A stretch of DNA of 58,491 nt, from NCBI GenBank assembly GCA_041494445.1, contig JBGQAU010000006.1:1-58491 (forward strand), written 5' to 3'. This DNA is from Acidobacteriota bacterium (GTDB taxonomy: Bacteria > Acidobacteriota > Polarisedimenticolia > Polarisedimenticolales > JAIQFR01). Position numbers and translations under genes: made by a program. Below, one piece after another: positions 10,286 through 19,688 of the stretch (the first letter of the stretch is position 1; each line of letters opens with the position of its first letter). The notes beneath the pieces are model-generated. The model was given only the letters and a program-made list of their open reading frames with translations. It was not told where the DNA came from and did no database searches.

Positions 10286-10843
10286 ATGGCGAGCGAGCGC
10301 GAGCGACTCAAGGATCTCCTGAAGAAGCACTCCCTGATGTTCGGCGACTTCACGCTGGCTTCCGGCCGGAAGAGCCGCTACTACTTCGACTCGAAGAAGA
10401 CCACCTTGCTGCCCGAGGGGGCGTACCTCGCGGCGCGCGAGGTCCTGCGGACGCTGCGCGACAACGGCGTGCACGCCGACGCCATCGGCGGTCTCACCCT
10501 CGGGGCCGACCCGATCGTCTGCCCCGTGGCCGCGCTGAGCTTCGTCGAGGGGCCGCCGATGCGCGCGTTCATCGTGCGCAAGGAGGCGAAGGACCACGGC
10601 ACGGGTCGCCGCATCGAGGGGGACGTGCCCGCGGGCTCGAAGGTCGTGATCGTGGACGACGTGGTCACCACCGCCGGCTCGACGCTCAAGGCGATCGACG
10701 CCGCGCGCGAGGCGGGGCTCACGGTCGTCGCGGTGGTCTGCATCGTGGACCGCGAGGAGGGGGGGACGGAGAAGCTCTCGTCCTGGCCGTTCTACCCGCT
10801 GTTCCGCCGGTCGGAGATCTTCGAAGGCGCGGAGGGGGCTTGA
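10286..10843 (+). CDS. pyrE: Orotate phosphoribosyltransferase
   Basis: FGDFTLASGRKSRYYFD, VRKEAKDHG and the PRPP motif IVDDVVTTAGS. Confidence 0.95.
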   Translation: MASERERLKDLLKKHSLMFGDFTLASGRKSRYYFDSKKTTLLPEGAYLAAREVLRTLRDNGVHADAIGGLTLGADPIVCPVAALSFVEGPPMRAFIVRKEAKDHGTGRRIEGDVPAGSKVVIVDDVVTTAGSTLKAIDAAREAGLTVVAVVCIVDREEGGTEKLSSWPFYPLFRRSEIFEGAEGA

Positions 10844-11097
10844 CCGACCGGATCCGGCCGGCGCTCCGGATCTACGTGTTCGGCGTGCTGGGGGCGTTTC
10901 TCGCTACGGCGCCGTGGACCGCGGTGTGGGACGAGGGAACGTTCTTCCTGGTGTCCTCTTCGGCCGCGTGGGTGAGGAGCGGGTGGTTCCGGGGCGCGGT
11001 CAGCGGGCTCGGGATCCTCGACCTGGTCGTGGCGGCCCGGGAGGCGGCTCTGCTCTGGCGCCTGCTGAGGCAGGGGGGCGAGGGAGACGGGGGTTGA
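10840..11097 (+). CDS. Small hypothetical membrane protein (85 aa)
   Basis: TTG start overlaps the pyrE stop, two hydrophobic segments, and its stop overlaps the next ATG. Confidence 0.65.
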   Translation: MTDRIRPALRIYVFGVLGAFLATAPWTAVWDEGTFFLVSSSAAWVRSGWFRGAVSGLGILDLVVAAREAALLWRLLRQGGEGDGG

Positions 11098-11837
11098 TGA
11101 GCACGGACCCGGTCGTCCTCACGGTTCACGCCGTGGACACCCGCGGGGAGGAGGGGGTGATCGCCGACGCGGCGGCCCTCGTGGACCTGCATTGCCGTGC
11201 GGTGCAGGTCGTGACCTCGGTGCTGGTGGCGACGCCGTCGGGCGTGTGCGCGCTCGAGGGGCTCTCGCTGTCGCTGGTCGCGGAACAGTTCGAGTCGCTG
11301 GCCGGGAGCGCGCGACCCGCCGCGGCGCGAACCGGGATCCTGCGCGACCCGCTCCAGGTGGAGCTCGTCGCGACGCTCCTCCGCGAGTGCGGCGTCAAGT
11401 CACTCGTGGTCGCGCCGGTCGTCCGTGTCGGAGGAACGCGCGTCCTGGACGACGCGACGATCGACGCAACGCGGCGGCTGCTCTTCCCTCTGGCCTCCGT
11501 CGTGCTGATCCGGGCGGGGGACCTCCCGATCGTGACGGGGGAGAGGGGGCGCGATCTCGAGGGGATCGAGCGCGGGGCTCGAACGCTCCGCGAGCAGGGG
11601 GCGCGGGCGGCGCTGGTGGCGGGAGCCGCCTGGGGCGGCCGCGTGCTCGACGTCCTCGACGAGGGCGGGCCCATCGCCGTTTTCGACGTGTCGAAAGTCA
11701 TGGCACCGCGCGTGGACGGCGTCGGCGGAGTCCACGCGGCCGCGCTCGCCGCGTTCCTGGCGCGGGGGGAGACGCTGCGGCGCGCCGTGGACGCCTCGCA
11801 GCGGTACGTCGCGCTCCGGCTCCAGCGCGTCAGGTAG
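11097..11837 (+). CDS. ThiD/PdxK-fold (HMP kinase-like) protein with degenerate catalytic motifs
   Basis: Collinear with ThiD by eye (VLTVHAVDTRGEEGVIAD...LLFPLA...AALAAFLARG), but GTGC is replaced by GVGG. Confidence 0.75.
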   Translation: MSTDPVVLTVHAVDTRGEEGVIADAAALVDLHCRAVQVVTSVLVATPSGVCALEGLSLSLVAEQFESLAGSARPAAARTGILRDPLQVELVATLLRECGVKSLVVAPVVRVGGTRVLDDATIDATRRLLFPLASVVLIRAGDLPIVTGERGRDLEGIERGARTLREQGARAALVAGAAWGGRVLDVLDEGGPIAVFDVSKVMAPRVDGVGGVHAAALAAFLARGETLRRAVDASQRYVALRLQRVR

Positions 11838-11928
11838 AAAGAGAACGGGCGGCCTCTCGACCGCCCGGGAGCCGCCGGTCCGGGACAGCTCCATCCATGG
11901 GGAGTAAGGAGACGGACATGCCGCGCGA

Positions 11929-12438
11929 TCAGGAGGGAGTGACCGTGCGACGGGGAGGTGGCCTGGAAGGCGTGTGGCTCAGCGTCGAGTGCCTCAACCT
12001 GCCGAGCCAGCGGTTCATAAGATGAGACCTTCGGAGAAACGGGAGGACGGGCCGGCCGCGGCGGTCGACCTCCGCGAGCGCGGCCTTGAGCGCCTCGTGA
12101 TTGGGCACGAGGCGGAGCCCTCGCTCGAACGCGATCACGGCGCGTGTGGTCTTGCCCGCCATCAGGCAAACCTTGCCGAGATTGAGATGGAGGTCGGGAT
12201 TGTAGGCGTCGAGCTTCGCAGCGCGATTGCACGTCTCGAGCGCCTCCGGGGTCGCCCCCTTCGCCTGCGCGAGAGCGAGCCCGTAGAACGACACGTAACG
12301 CATCTGCGGTCGGGCCACGCTGCGCTGCCGTTCGATGACGATCGCCTGCCTGAACTGCTCCACGGCCCCCGCGGGGTTTCCTTCGAAGAGGGCCGCCAGT
12401 CCCTTTCTGAAGTGGATCTCGGAGGTTAGCATAGGCAT
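11929..12438 (-). CDS. TPR repeat protein
   Basis: Helical repeats such as NPDLHLNLGKVCLMAG and FERGLRLVPNH; start at ATG 12438 or 12432. Confidence 0.8.
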   Translation of the reverse strand: MPMLTSEIHFRKGLAALFEGNPAGAVEQFRQAIVIERQRSVARPQMRYVSFYGLALAQAKGATPEALETCNRAAKLDAYNPDLHLNLGKVCLMAGKTTRAVIAFERGLRLVPNHEALKAALAEVDRRGRPVLPFLRRSHLMNRWLGRLRHSTLSHTPSRPPPRRTVTPS

Positions 12439-12439
12439 G

Positions 12440-12575
12440 GTCTCTTGTCCTCGTATTTTGTTCTTCGACGTATGAGATACGTCACACCTGCTTTGCATGC
12501 AACAAGATCTTTGCACGTGCGTTAATTTCCAATTTGTAACTATGCATGTTTAATGTAACTAATATGTTTCATGTC
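12440..12575. promoter_or_regulatory. AT-rich divergent regulatory region with several palindromes and a direct repeat
   Basis: GACGTAT-N3-ATACGTC, TTGCATGCAA, AAGATCTT, GCACGTGC and two copies of TGTAACTA..ATGTTT. Confidence 0.55.
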
Positions 12576-13382
12576 TTGAGCAGTCGACGGACTCTCTGGA
12601 TCGTCGGCCTGGCGGTTCTGAGTGCGGTTTCCTGCCGCGACCGGATCGAGGGGCGCGTCTCCCGAGTTTTGAATTGGGAGCGCGATCCGAGCGCGAAGAA
12701 CGTGGACCGGATCCGGGAGAGCCTCGCCGATGAGGACGGCCAGGTTCGCGCAGGCGCGCTTGCGGCGCTGGTGAGACTTCGTGTGGCCGACGCCAAGGAG
12801 CGCTCCCGCGCGGCGCTCGGCGACCCGGATAGCGCCGTCCGCGCGGCGGCGGTCGAGGGCCTTCTCGATCTCCGGGACTCCGAGGCCGTGCCGGGCCTCG
12901 CCCGCGTTGCGGTCGCCGACCCCGACTGGCGCGCGCGTCGTGGCGCCGTCGAGGCCGTCGGAGCGCTCGGAGCCCTAGGGGGCGCGGCGGACGTCCTCCC
13001 GGCGCTCGGCGATTCCTCCTCGCAGGTCCGGCTCGCCGCGGTCGAGGCGGTCGCGCGACTCGGGCCGGCGGTCGCGCTCCAGCCCCTCGCGAAGCTCGCC
13101 GAAGGGGACGCGTCGTGGGAAGTTCGCGCGGCCGCCGTGGAGGCGCTGGGACGCACGGCGGTGGGGGAGGCGTACGCTTCCCTCGCCGTCGCGACCCGGG
13201 ATCCGAACGAGTTCGTTCGGGGCGCGGCCGCCGCCGCGCTGCGGAACATGCGCCGCCGCGGCGTGGCGGAGCCGGAGGAGGCCATGCCGTCCCCCGCGGC
13301 GCCGGCGCCCCCGGGAGCGGTGCCGCCCGGACGACCGCCGGCGACGGGGCCCTCGAGGCCGGGCGGCGAGGCGCGCCCGTGA
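12564..13382 (+). CDS. HEAT-repeat protein, probable lipoprotein
   Basis: Repeated D..VR.AAVEAL units and a lipobox-like LSAVSC; start uncertain (12546-12576). Confidence 0.8.
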   Translation: MFHVLSSRRTLWIVGLAVLSAVSCRDRIEGRVSRVLNWERDPSAKNVDRIRESLADEDGQVRAGALAALVRLRVADAKERSRAALGDPDSAVRAAAVEGLLDLRDSEAVPGLARVAVADPDWRARRGAVEAVGALGALGGAADVLPALGDSSSQVRLAAVEAVARLGPAVALQPLAKLAEGDASWEVRAAAVEALGRTAVGEAYASLAVATRDPNEFVRGAAAAALRNMRRRGVAEPEEAMPSPAAPAPPGAVPPGRPPATGPSRPGGEARP

Positions 13383-13981
13383 GCCCGCGACGCGGCCCGC
13401 CGGGTGGATCGGTGTATACTCCCCGCTCCGATTCGACCCGGGTGCGGGGCCGATTGCCCGCGGCCCATCCCGATCCGGCCCGCGAGAGTGAGCGTGGCGC
13501 TTCCACATCGATGAGACTCGCGACGACGCGGGAGGGTGGCTTCCGGATCGACCCGGGCGGCGGCGCGGCGGCGCTTGTCGCGGGTCCGGCGGGTGAGGGC
13601 TGGGAGGTACGGCAGGGTCCGGAGGGGACCCGCTGGAGCCTCCTCCGGGATCGCTCGTTCCCGGGCGGCTTCGTGCTACGCGACAGCGCGGGCGGCGAGT
13701 CGGGGCGCACGACGCGGGAGGCCGACGGTGAGGGTCCGCCGGTCAACCTGCTGGCGCCCGATGGGCGCTTGTTCCGGGTCCGGCGGCGGGCGGCGGACGT
13801 CGCGCGATTCGAGCTTTCGGGGTGGGAGGTTCCCGGCGCTTATCTTCTGGCGCGTTCCGACGGGGACGAGTTCGAGATCGCGCGGACCGATGCCGGGCAG
13901 AGGCTCGACGTCGCGCCGGAGGTCCTGATCCTGTTCGCGGCCGAGATTCTCGATGCGATCGCGGCCGACGCCCGCGACTGA
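13379..13981 (+). CDS. Hypothetical protein
   Basis: Plausible globular sequence from MRLATTREGG. Start is either GTG 13379 (GTGA overlap) or ATG 13511. Confidence 0.6.
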   Translation: MSPRRGPPGGSVYTPRSDSTRVRGRLPAAHPDPARESERGASTSMRLATTREGGFRIDPGGGAAALVAGPAGEGWEVRQGPEGTRWSLLRDRSFPGGFVLRDSAGGESGRTTREADGEGPPVNLLAPDGRLFRVRRRAADVARFELSGWEVPGAYLLARSDGDEFEIARTDAGQRLDVAPEVLILFAAEILDAIAADARD

Positions 13982-14004
13982 CAGGAAAGCGGAGAGCCGA
14001 AAAC

Positions 14005-15249
14005 ATGCTTCATGGACAGGGAGGCCCCGGCCCCGGCCCGCGCCGGCGGTCGAGACGACGGGGGCGCGGCCACGGAGGAGGCCCTCCGGCGGCTCCGCCG
14101 CAACTCGGAAGATCGCCCGGGGCGCCGCCCGTCGGGACCCCGAGCCTCGAGGTCGGCGGCGTGCTGCACGTGGTCGCCGCCGGGCACGGGTTCCTGCGCT
14201 CGTCGAAGGCCGACTTCGACGCCCAAGCGGAGGACCCGCTCGTCCCTCGCGAGATCATCGTGCGGCTCGGTCTCGAGACCGGGGTGGAGATGGAGGGGAT
14301 CGCGGTGGCCCCGGCCCGGCCGGGACAGCCGCCGTGGGTCGGCGTCGTGAGGACGGTTCACGGGGGAGAGCCCGACGCATGGCGGAAACGGACGCCGTTC
14401 CGGAGTCTCGTCGCGGAAGACCCGACCCAGAGGATAAGGCTCGAGTGCGACCCGGCGGACCTCTCGACGCGCGTCGTGGACCTCATCACGCCGATCGGAA
14501 AGGGACAGCGCTGCCTGATCGTCGCACCGCCCAAGGCCGGGAAGACCGTCCTGCTTCAGAAGATGGCGCACTCGATCACCACGAACCATCCCGAAATCCA
14601 CCTGATCGTGCTCCTCGTGGACGAGCGTCCGGAGGAGGTCACGGACATGCGGAGGTCGGTGCGGGGTGAGGTGATCGCGTCGTCCGCCGACGAGCTGGCG
14701 AAGAACCACCTCGAGGTCGCCGAGATCGCGATCGAACGCGCCAAGCGACTCGTGGAGGCCGGGCGCGACGCGGTGGTCCTGCTGGACTCGATCACCCGTC
14801 TCTCGCGGGCGTACAACACCGAGCAGCGCAGCTCCGGGCGCGTGCTCTCCGGCGGCATCGACGCCCGCACCATGGAGAAGCCCCGGAAGTTCTTCGGCGC
14901 GGCGCGGAAGGTGGTCGGCGGCGGGTCCCTCACGGTGATCGGGACCGCGCTGGTGGACACCGGCTCGCGGATGGACGAGGTGATCTTCCAGGAGTTCAAG
15001 GGGACCGGGAACATGGAGATCGTGATGGACCGCGGGCTGTTCGACCGCCGGATCTTCCCGGCCATCGACATCTCGAAGAGCGGCACGCGGAAGGAGGAGA
15101 AGCTCTTCACTCCGGAAGAGCTGCCGAGGGTCACGCTCCTCCGGCGGGCGCTGGCGTCGCTCAAGGCCGCCGAGGCGATGCAGCTCCTGATCGACCGGCT
15201 CTCGCGCTATCCGACCAACAAGGAGTTTCTGGCGAACCTCCTGAGCTGA
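14005..15249 (+). CDS. rho: Transcription termination factor Rho paralog lacking the canonical N-terminal helical domain
   Basis: [49 protein letters not shown] and SGTRKEE; Arg/Gly/Pro-rich N-terminus. Confidence 0.93.
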   Translation: MLHGQGGPGPGPRRRSRRRGRGHGGGPPAAPPQLGRSPGAPPVGTPSLEVGGVLHVVAAGHGFLRSSKADFDAQAEDPLVPREIIVRLGLETGVEMEGIAVAPARPGQPPWVGVVRTVHGGEPDAWRKRTPFRSLVAEDPTQRIRLECDPADLSTRVVDLITPIGKGQRCLIVAPPKAGKTVLLQKMAHSITTNHPEIHLIVLLVDERPEEVTDMRRSVRGEVIASSADELAKNHLEVAEIAIERAKRLVEAGRDAVVLLDSITRLSRAYNTEQRSSGRVLSGGIDARTMEKPRKFFGAARKVVGGGSLTVIGTALVDTGSRMDEVIFQEFKGTGNMEIVMDRGLFDRRIFPAIDISKSGTRKEEKLFTPEELPRVTLLRRALASLKAAEAMQLLIDRLSRYPTNKEFLANLLS

Positions 15250-15303
15250 TCTCGCCGTGGTGCGATCCCGCGCCGGGAACTAGATTCTGGACGGGGAGGC
15301 CGC

Positions 15304-15936
15304 ATGCGCTGGGGACCCGAGGAGTGGGACATCTTCACCGTCGAGCGCGCGGGGCGCGAGGCCGAGCCCCGGCCCGCGGAGGAATCGCTGCTCGACCTGC
15401 TGCGCCGCGTGCCGGGTCGCAGGCTCATGACCGTGGCGGACCTCGGCTGCGGATCGGGACGGCTCCTGCCGTTCCTCGGCCGGCACTTCGGCAGGGTGAT
15501 CGCCGTGGACTACGCCCCCAGGAGCCTTGCGTTCGCGAGGAGGGTCTCCGCGGGCCAGGACGTGACGTTCCGCCGCCGGGACCTCCGCGACCTCGCTCCC
15601 TTCCGCAACTCCCTCGACGTGGCGGTGGCCGTCCGCTCCATCGTGGGGCCGCGCCCCGAGGACGTCGACCGGATCCTTGGCGAGATCCGACGATCTCTGG
15701 TCGAAGGAGGGCTGCTCGCGGCGATCGTGCCCGCGTCGCGGAGGGGAATCGCGAAGGTCCCGCTCCGGCTCGCCGGCGACTCGGCCGGGCCCGAGATCCT
15801 CGGATTCCACGAGGTCGAGCTGCAGTACAGGCTGAGGCGCGCCGGTTTCCGTGGGGTGAGAATCCGCCGGTTCGAGGACGCCGGCGACGGGCGAGGGTCG
15901 CTGCTGTGCACGGCCGCTCGCCGGGCGGACAACTGA
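15304..15936 (+). CDS. Class I SAM-dependent methyltransferase
   Basis: Motif I VADLGCGSG and VIAVD; GGAGG RBS. Confidence 0.85.
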   Translation: MRWGPEEWDIFTVERAGREAEPRPAEESLLDLLRRVPGRRLMTVADLGCGSGRLLPFLGRHFGRVIAVDYAPRSLAFARRVSAGQDVTFRRRDLRDLAPFRNSLDVAVAVRSIVGPRPEDVDRILGEIRRSLVEGGLLAAIVPASRRGIAKVPLRLAGDSAGPEILGFHEVELQYRLRRAGFRGVRIRRFEDAGDGRGSLLCTAARRADN

Positions 15937-15938
15937 CC

Positions 15939-17099
15939 GTGCTCGACATCAGCATCAAGGCCCGCCGGTTCACCGAGTCGGTCATCCGGGAGATGACGCG
16001 GCTCTGCCGGATCCACGACGCCGTCAATCTCGCCCAGGGCTTTCCGGACTTCCCGGCCCCCGCGGAGATCAAGGAGGCCGCCCGCCGCGCGATCGCGGAG
16101 GACGTGAACCAGTACGCGATCACCTGGGGGGCGCCCTCGCTTCGCGCGGCCATCGCCGAGAAGTACGCGCGCCGATACGGCATGGCCGTCGATCCCGCAC
16201 GCGAGATCACCGTCACCTGCGGGTCCACGGAGGCGATGATCGCCTCGATCCTCGCCGTGCTCGACCCGGGGGACGAGATGGTGGTGTTCGAGCCGTTCTA
16301 CGAGAACTACGGCCCGGACGCGATCCTGGCGGGAGCGGTGCCGCGCTTCGTGGGCCTGAAGCCGCCGGACTGGAGCTTCGACCCCGACGAGCTGGCGGCG
16401 GCGTTCAACGAAAGGACGCGCGGGATCGTGCTGAACTCGCCGAACAATCCCACGGGCAAGGTGTTCTCGCGCGAGGAGCTCCTGGCGATCGCCGACCTCT
16501 GCCGGAAGTGGGACGTGGTGGCGTTCAGCGACGAGATCTACGAGCACATCCTGTACGACGGCGCGGAGCACCTGCCGATCGCGACGCTCCCCGGCATGGC
16601 GGACCGCACGGTCACGATCAACGCCCTCTCGAAGACCTACTCGGTGACCGGGTGGAGGGTCGGCTGGGCGATCGCGAGCCCCACGCTCACGTCGGGCATC
16701 CGCAAGGTCCACGACTTTCTGACCGTCGGCGCCCCCGCGCCGCTCCAGGAGGCGGGAACGGTGGCGCTGGCGCTGCCGGACGACTACTACCGGAACCTGG
16801 CGGAGGCGTACCGGGCCCGGCGGGACCTCCTGATCGCGGGGCTCGAGGACGTGGGCTTCGACTGCACGATTCCTCGCGGGGCGTACTACGTCCTCGCCGA
16901 CGCGAGGAGCCTCGGGGTTTCGGACGACGCGGCGTTCGCGCGGCGCCTCGTCGAGGAGGTGCGCGTCGGGTGCGTCCCGGGATCGTCGTTCTTCTCCGAG
17001 CCCGAGCGGGGGCGGAGCATCGTGCGCTTCTCGTTTTGCAAGCGGGAGGAGACGCTCCGCGAGGCGCTGCGCCGACTCGAGGAAGGCCTGGCGAACTGA
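15939..17099 (+). CDS. PLP-dependent aminotransferase class I/II
   Basis: NLAQGFPDF, NSPNNPTG, SDEIYE and SKTYSVTGWRVG; GTG start. Confidence 0.93.
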   Translation: MLDISIKARRFTESVIREMTRLCRIHDAVNLAQGFPDFPAPAEIKEAARRAIAEDVNQYAITWGAPSLRAAIAEKYARRYGMAVDPAREITVTCGSTEAMIASILAVLDPGDEMVVFEPFYENYGPDAILAGAVPRFVGLKPPDWSFDPDELAAAFNERTRGIVLNSPNNPTGKVFSREELLAIADLCRKWDVVAFSDEIYEHILYDGAEHLPIATLPGMADRTVTINALSKTYSVTGWRVGWAIASPTLTSGIRKVHDFLTVGAPAPLQEAGTVALALPDDYYRNLAEAYRARRDLLIAGLEDVGFDCTIPRGAYYVLADARSLGVSDDAAFARRLVEEVRVGCVPGSSFFSEPERGRSIVRFSFCKREETLREALRRLEEGLAN

Positions 17100-17123
17100 C
17101 GCTGCCACTCCGGGCGCCGCGTT

Positions 17124-17879
17124 CTAGCCCACGAGCACCGCGCCGCCGTTGACGTTCAGGACCTCGCCGGTCACGAACGACGCCAGGTCGGAGGCGAGGA
17201 ACGCCACGGCGCCGGCGATCTCCTCGGGGCGGGCCACCCGCCCGAGCGGTATCGAGGCGAGGATCGCCTCGCGCTCGGGGCCGAGGAGCGACTCTTGGCT
17301 CATGTCGGTCGCGACCCAGCCCGGCGCGACGCAGTTGACCGTGATCCCGTGCGGGGCCAACTCCACCGCAAGCGACTTGGTGAACGAGATCACCGCCCCC
17401 TTGCTCGCCGCGTAGTGCGAGTGAAATGCCTCGCCCCGCTGCCCGGCGGTGCTCGAGATGTTGACGATCCGGCCCGAGCGCGCGTTCTTCATGAACGGGA
17501 CCGCGGCGCGCGTGCAGAGGAACGTCCCGGTCAGGTTGATCGAGAGCATCTCCTCCCACTCGGTGTCGGTCATCTCGTCCACCGGGGATCCCTTCCAGAT
17601 CCCGGCGTTGTTCACCAGGATGTCGATTCCGCCCAGGCGGTGCACGGTCTCGTCCACGAGCATCTCGGCGTCGGCGGGCCGGGCGACGTCGGCCGCGAGA
17701 GCGAACGCCTCGCCGCCGGCGTTCTCGATCTCCTCGACGGCGAGCTCGGCCGACGGCGACTCGACCCGGTAGTTCACGCAGACCCGAGCACCGGCGCGGG
17801 CGAGGGCGAGGCAGCACGCCCGGCCGATCCCGCGCGAGCCTCCGGTGACGAGGGCGGACTTTCCGGTGAGGTCGATCAT
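17124..17879 (-). CDS. FabG-like short-chain dehydrogenase/reductase
   Basis: TGGSRGIG, NNAGI, YAASK and NVNGG. Confidence 0.92.
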   Translation of the reverse strand: MIDLTGKSALVTGGSRGIGRACCLALARAGARVCVNYRVESPSAELAVEEIENAGGEAFALAADVARPADAEMLVDETVHRLGGIDILVNNAGIWKGSPVDEMTDTEWEEMLSINLTGTFLCTRAAVPFMKNARSGRIVNISSTAGQRGEAFHSHYAASKGAVISFTKSLAVELAPHGITVNCVAPGWVATDMSQESLLGPEREAILASIPLGRVARPEEIAGAVAFLASDLASFVTGEVLNVNGGAVLVG

Positions 17880-18988
17880 GGATGCCTCCTGGCGGAGCGG
17901 TTGGGAGCGCGCGCTCGCGCGGCCCCGTCCTGCGCCCGGTCGGGGAGCAGCGCGAGCTGGCCGCAGGCGGCCCGCGCCGTGAGCCCCCGGCTCCACCTGA
18001 TGCCGACGGGGACGCCCCTCGCGAGGAGCCGATCGCGGATCGCCTCGACGCGGGCCTTCGGCGGCGGGACGTAGTCGAGCCAGCCCGGGACGGGGTTGAA
18101 CGGGATGAGGTTGAGCTTCGCTCCGTGTCGCCGCACGATCCGCGCGAGGCGGTCGATGTCCGCCTCGGTATCGTTGACGCCGCGGAGCAGCACGTACTCG
18201 AACGTGAAACGGTCGCCGGTCGCGCTCGCGAAGGCGCGGCACGCATCGAGGAGCCGGGCCAGCGGGTACTTCCGGTTGACCGGCATGAGCCGGTCGCGCA
18301 CCTCGTCGGTCGTGGCGTTGAGGGAGACGGCGAGCCGCGGGCGCGTCGGCTCCGACGCGAGCCGCTCGATCCCGGGGACGAGGCCGGCGGTGGACACGGT
18401 GACGCGCCGGTGGGACACGCCGAACCCCTCCGGGTCCGTGAGGAGCCGCACCGCGGCCATCACGGCGTCGTAATTGTGCAGCGGTTCCCCCATTCCCATG
18501 AAGACCACGTTGAACGGGACGCCGCCGAGGCCGCGGTCCTCCTGGATCAGCGCCACCTGCCCCGCGATCTCGCCCGCGAGGAGGTGGCGGCCGAGCCCCA
18601 TCCGCCCGGTGAGGCAGAAGTCGCAGTCGAGGGCGCACCCGAGCTGGCTGGAGAGACAGATGGTGGAGCGGCCGCGGTGCACCATGTGCACCGCCTCGAC
18701 CTCCCCGCCTCCGGCCAGAGCGATCCGGTACTTGACCGTGCCGTCCTTCGCCTCCACCCGGCCCGCGATGGATCCGGGCTCCACCCGGGCGGCCGCGGCC
18801 AGTCGGCCCCGGAGCCGGCGGGGGAGGTCGGTCCACTCCGCCGGATCGTAGCGGCGGAAGCGGTAGAGCCAGCGGTGGACCTGTCCCGCATGGAAGGGCT
18901 CGGCGCCGTGCTCCCGGAGGAGCGCTGCCAGCGCCTCGCGCTCGAGGCCGTACAGGTTGGGAAGGGAGGGAGTGCCGGGACGGGCCAT
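17876..18988 (-). CDS. rlmN: 23S rRNA/tRNA adenine C2-methyltransferase (radical SAM)
   Basis: CLSSQLGCALDCDFC, FMGMGEP and AACGQL. Confidence 0.95.
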   Translation of the reverse strand: MARPGTPSLPNLYGLEREALAALLREHGAEPFHAGQVHRWLYRFRRYDPAEWTDLPRRLRGRLAAAARVEPGSIAGRVEAKDGTVKYRIALAGGGEVEAVHMVHRGRSTICLSSQLGCALDCDFCLTGRMGLGRHLLAGEIAGQVALIQEDRGLGGVPFNVVFMGMGEPLHNYDAVMAAVRLLTDPEGFGVSHRRVTVSTAGLVPGIERLASEPTRPRLAVSLNATTDEVRDRLMPVNRKYPLARLLDACRAFASATGDRFTFEYVLLRGVNDTEADIDRLARIVRRHGAKLNLIPFNPVPGWLDYVPPPKARVEAIRDRLLARGVPVGIRWSRGLTARAACGQLALLPDRAQDGAARARAPNRSARRHP

Positions 18989-19018
18989 CGCCGCGAGTCT
19001 ACCCGAGATCCACCGTCC

Positions 19019-19047
19019 TTGACAGCCTCGGACCCCGGCGCTACGGT
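19019..19047 (+). promoter_or_regulatory. Putative sigma70 promoter
   Basis: TTGACA-N17-TACGGT about 20 nt upstream of the CDS at 19068. Confidence 0.5.
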
Positions 19048-19067
19048 GGCCCGCAGCACGGTTCGAG

Positions 19068-19688
19068 GTGACACGGGTGAAGAAAGAGAACTGGGCCTAC
19101 CTGGCCGGAGGAACCCTGCTCGGCGCGCTGATCGGGTACGGCGTCTACGACTTCGCGGGACGCCCGGCGTCGAGCGTCTCCCACGAGTCGGAAGCTTCCG
19201 CGGCGCCCGCGGAGGAGGCCCCGCTTCCCGCCGGCGCCCTCGCCCCTTCGGCCGGTCCTTCTCTCGAGGAGATCGCGAACCTGGAACGGCGGGTCCAAGC
19301 GGAACCGAAGAACGCGGAAGCGTTGAAGCACCTCGGCAACCTGATGTACGACGCGGCCAGGTGGACGGAGGCGCTCGGCTACTACCGGCGGGCGCTGGAT
19401 GCCGGACCGCAGGACGCGAACGTCCTCACCGACGCCGGCATCTGCTACCGGCAGCTCCGGCGTCCCGAGGAAGCGTTAGAGCTCTTCCGGCGCGCGCAGG
19501 AGGCGGATCCAGGGCACTGGCAATCGCTGTTCAACGCGGCGGTGGTCGCAGGGTTCGACCTGCGCCGGTTCGACGCGGCCGACGAGGCGGTACGCAAGCT
19601 CGAGAAGATCAACCCCGGAGCGCCGGGCCTCGAAAGGCTCCGCCAGGACCTGGCTCGTACGAGGGCCGGGCCGGGAGCGGCGTCGTGA
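19068..19688 (+). CDS. Membrane-anchored TPR protein
   Basis: N-terminal TM helix and TPR units (ALKHLGNLMYDA, VLTDAGICYRQL). Confidence 0.85.
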   Translation: MTRVKKENWAYLAGGTLLGALIGYGVYDFAGRPASSVSHESEASAAPAEEAPLPAGALAPSAGPSLEEIANLERRVQAEPKNAEALKHLGNLMYDAARWTEALGYYRRALDAGPQDANVLTDAGICYRQLRRPEEALELFRRAQEADPGHWQSLFNAAVVAGFDLRRFDAADEAVRKLEKINPGAPGLERLRQDLARTRAGPGAAS

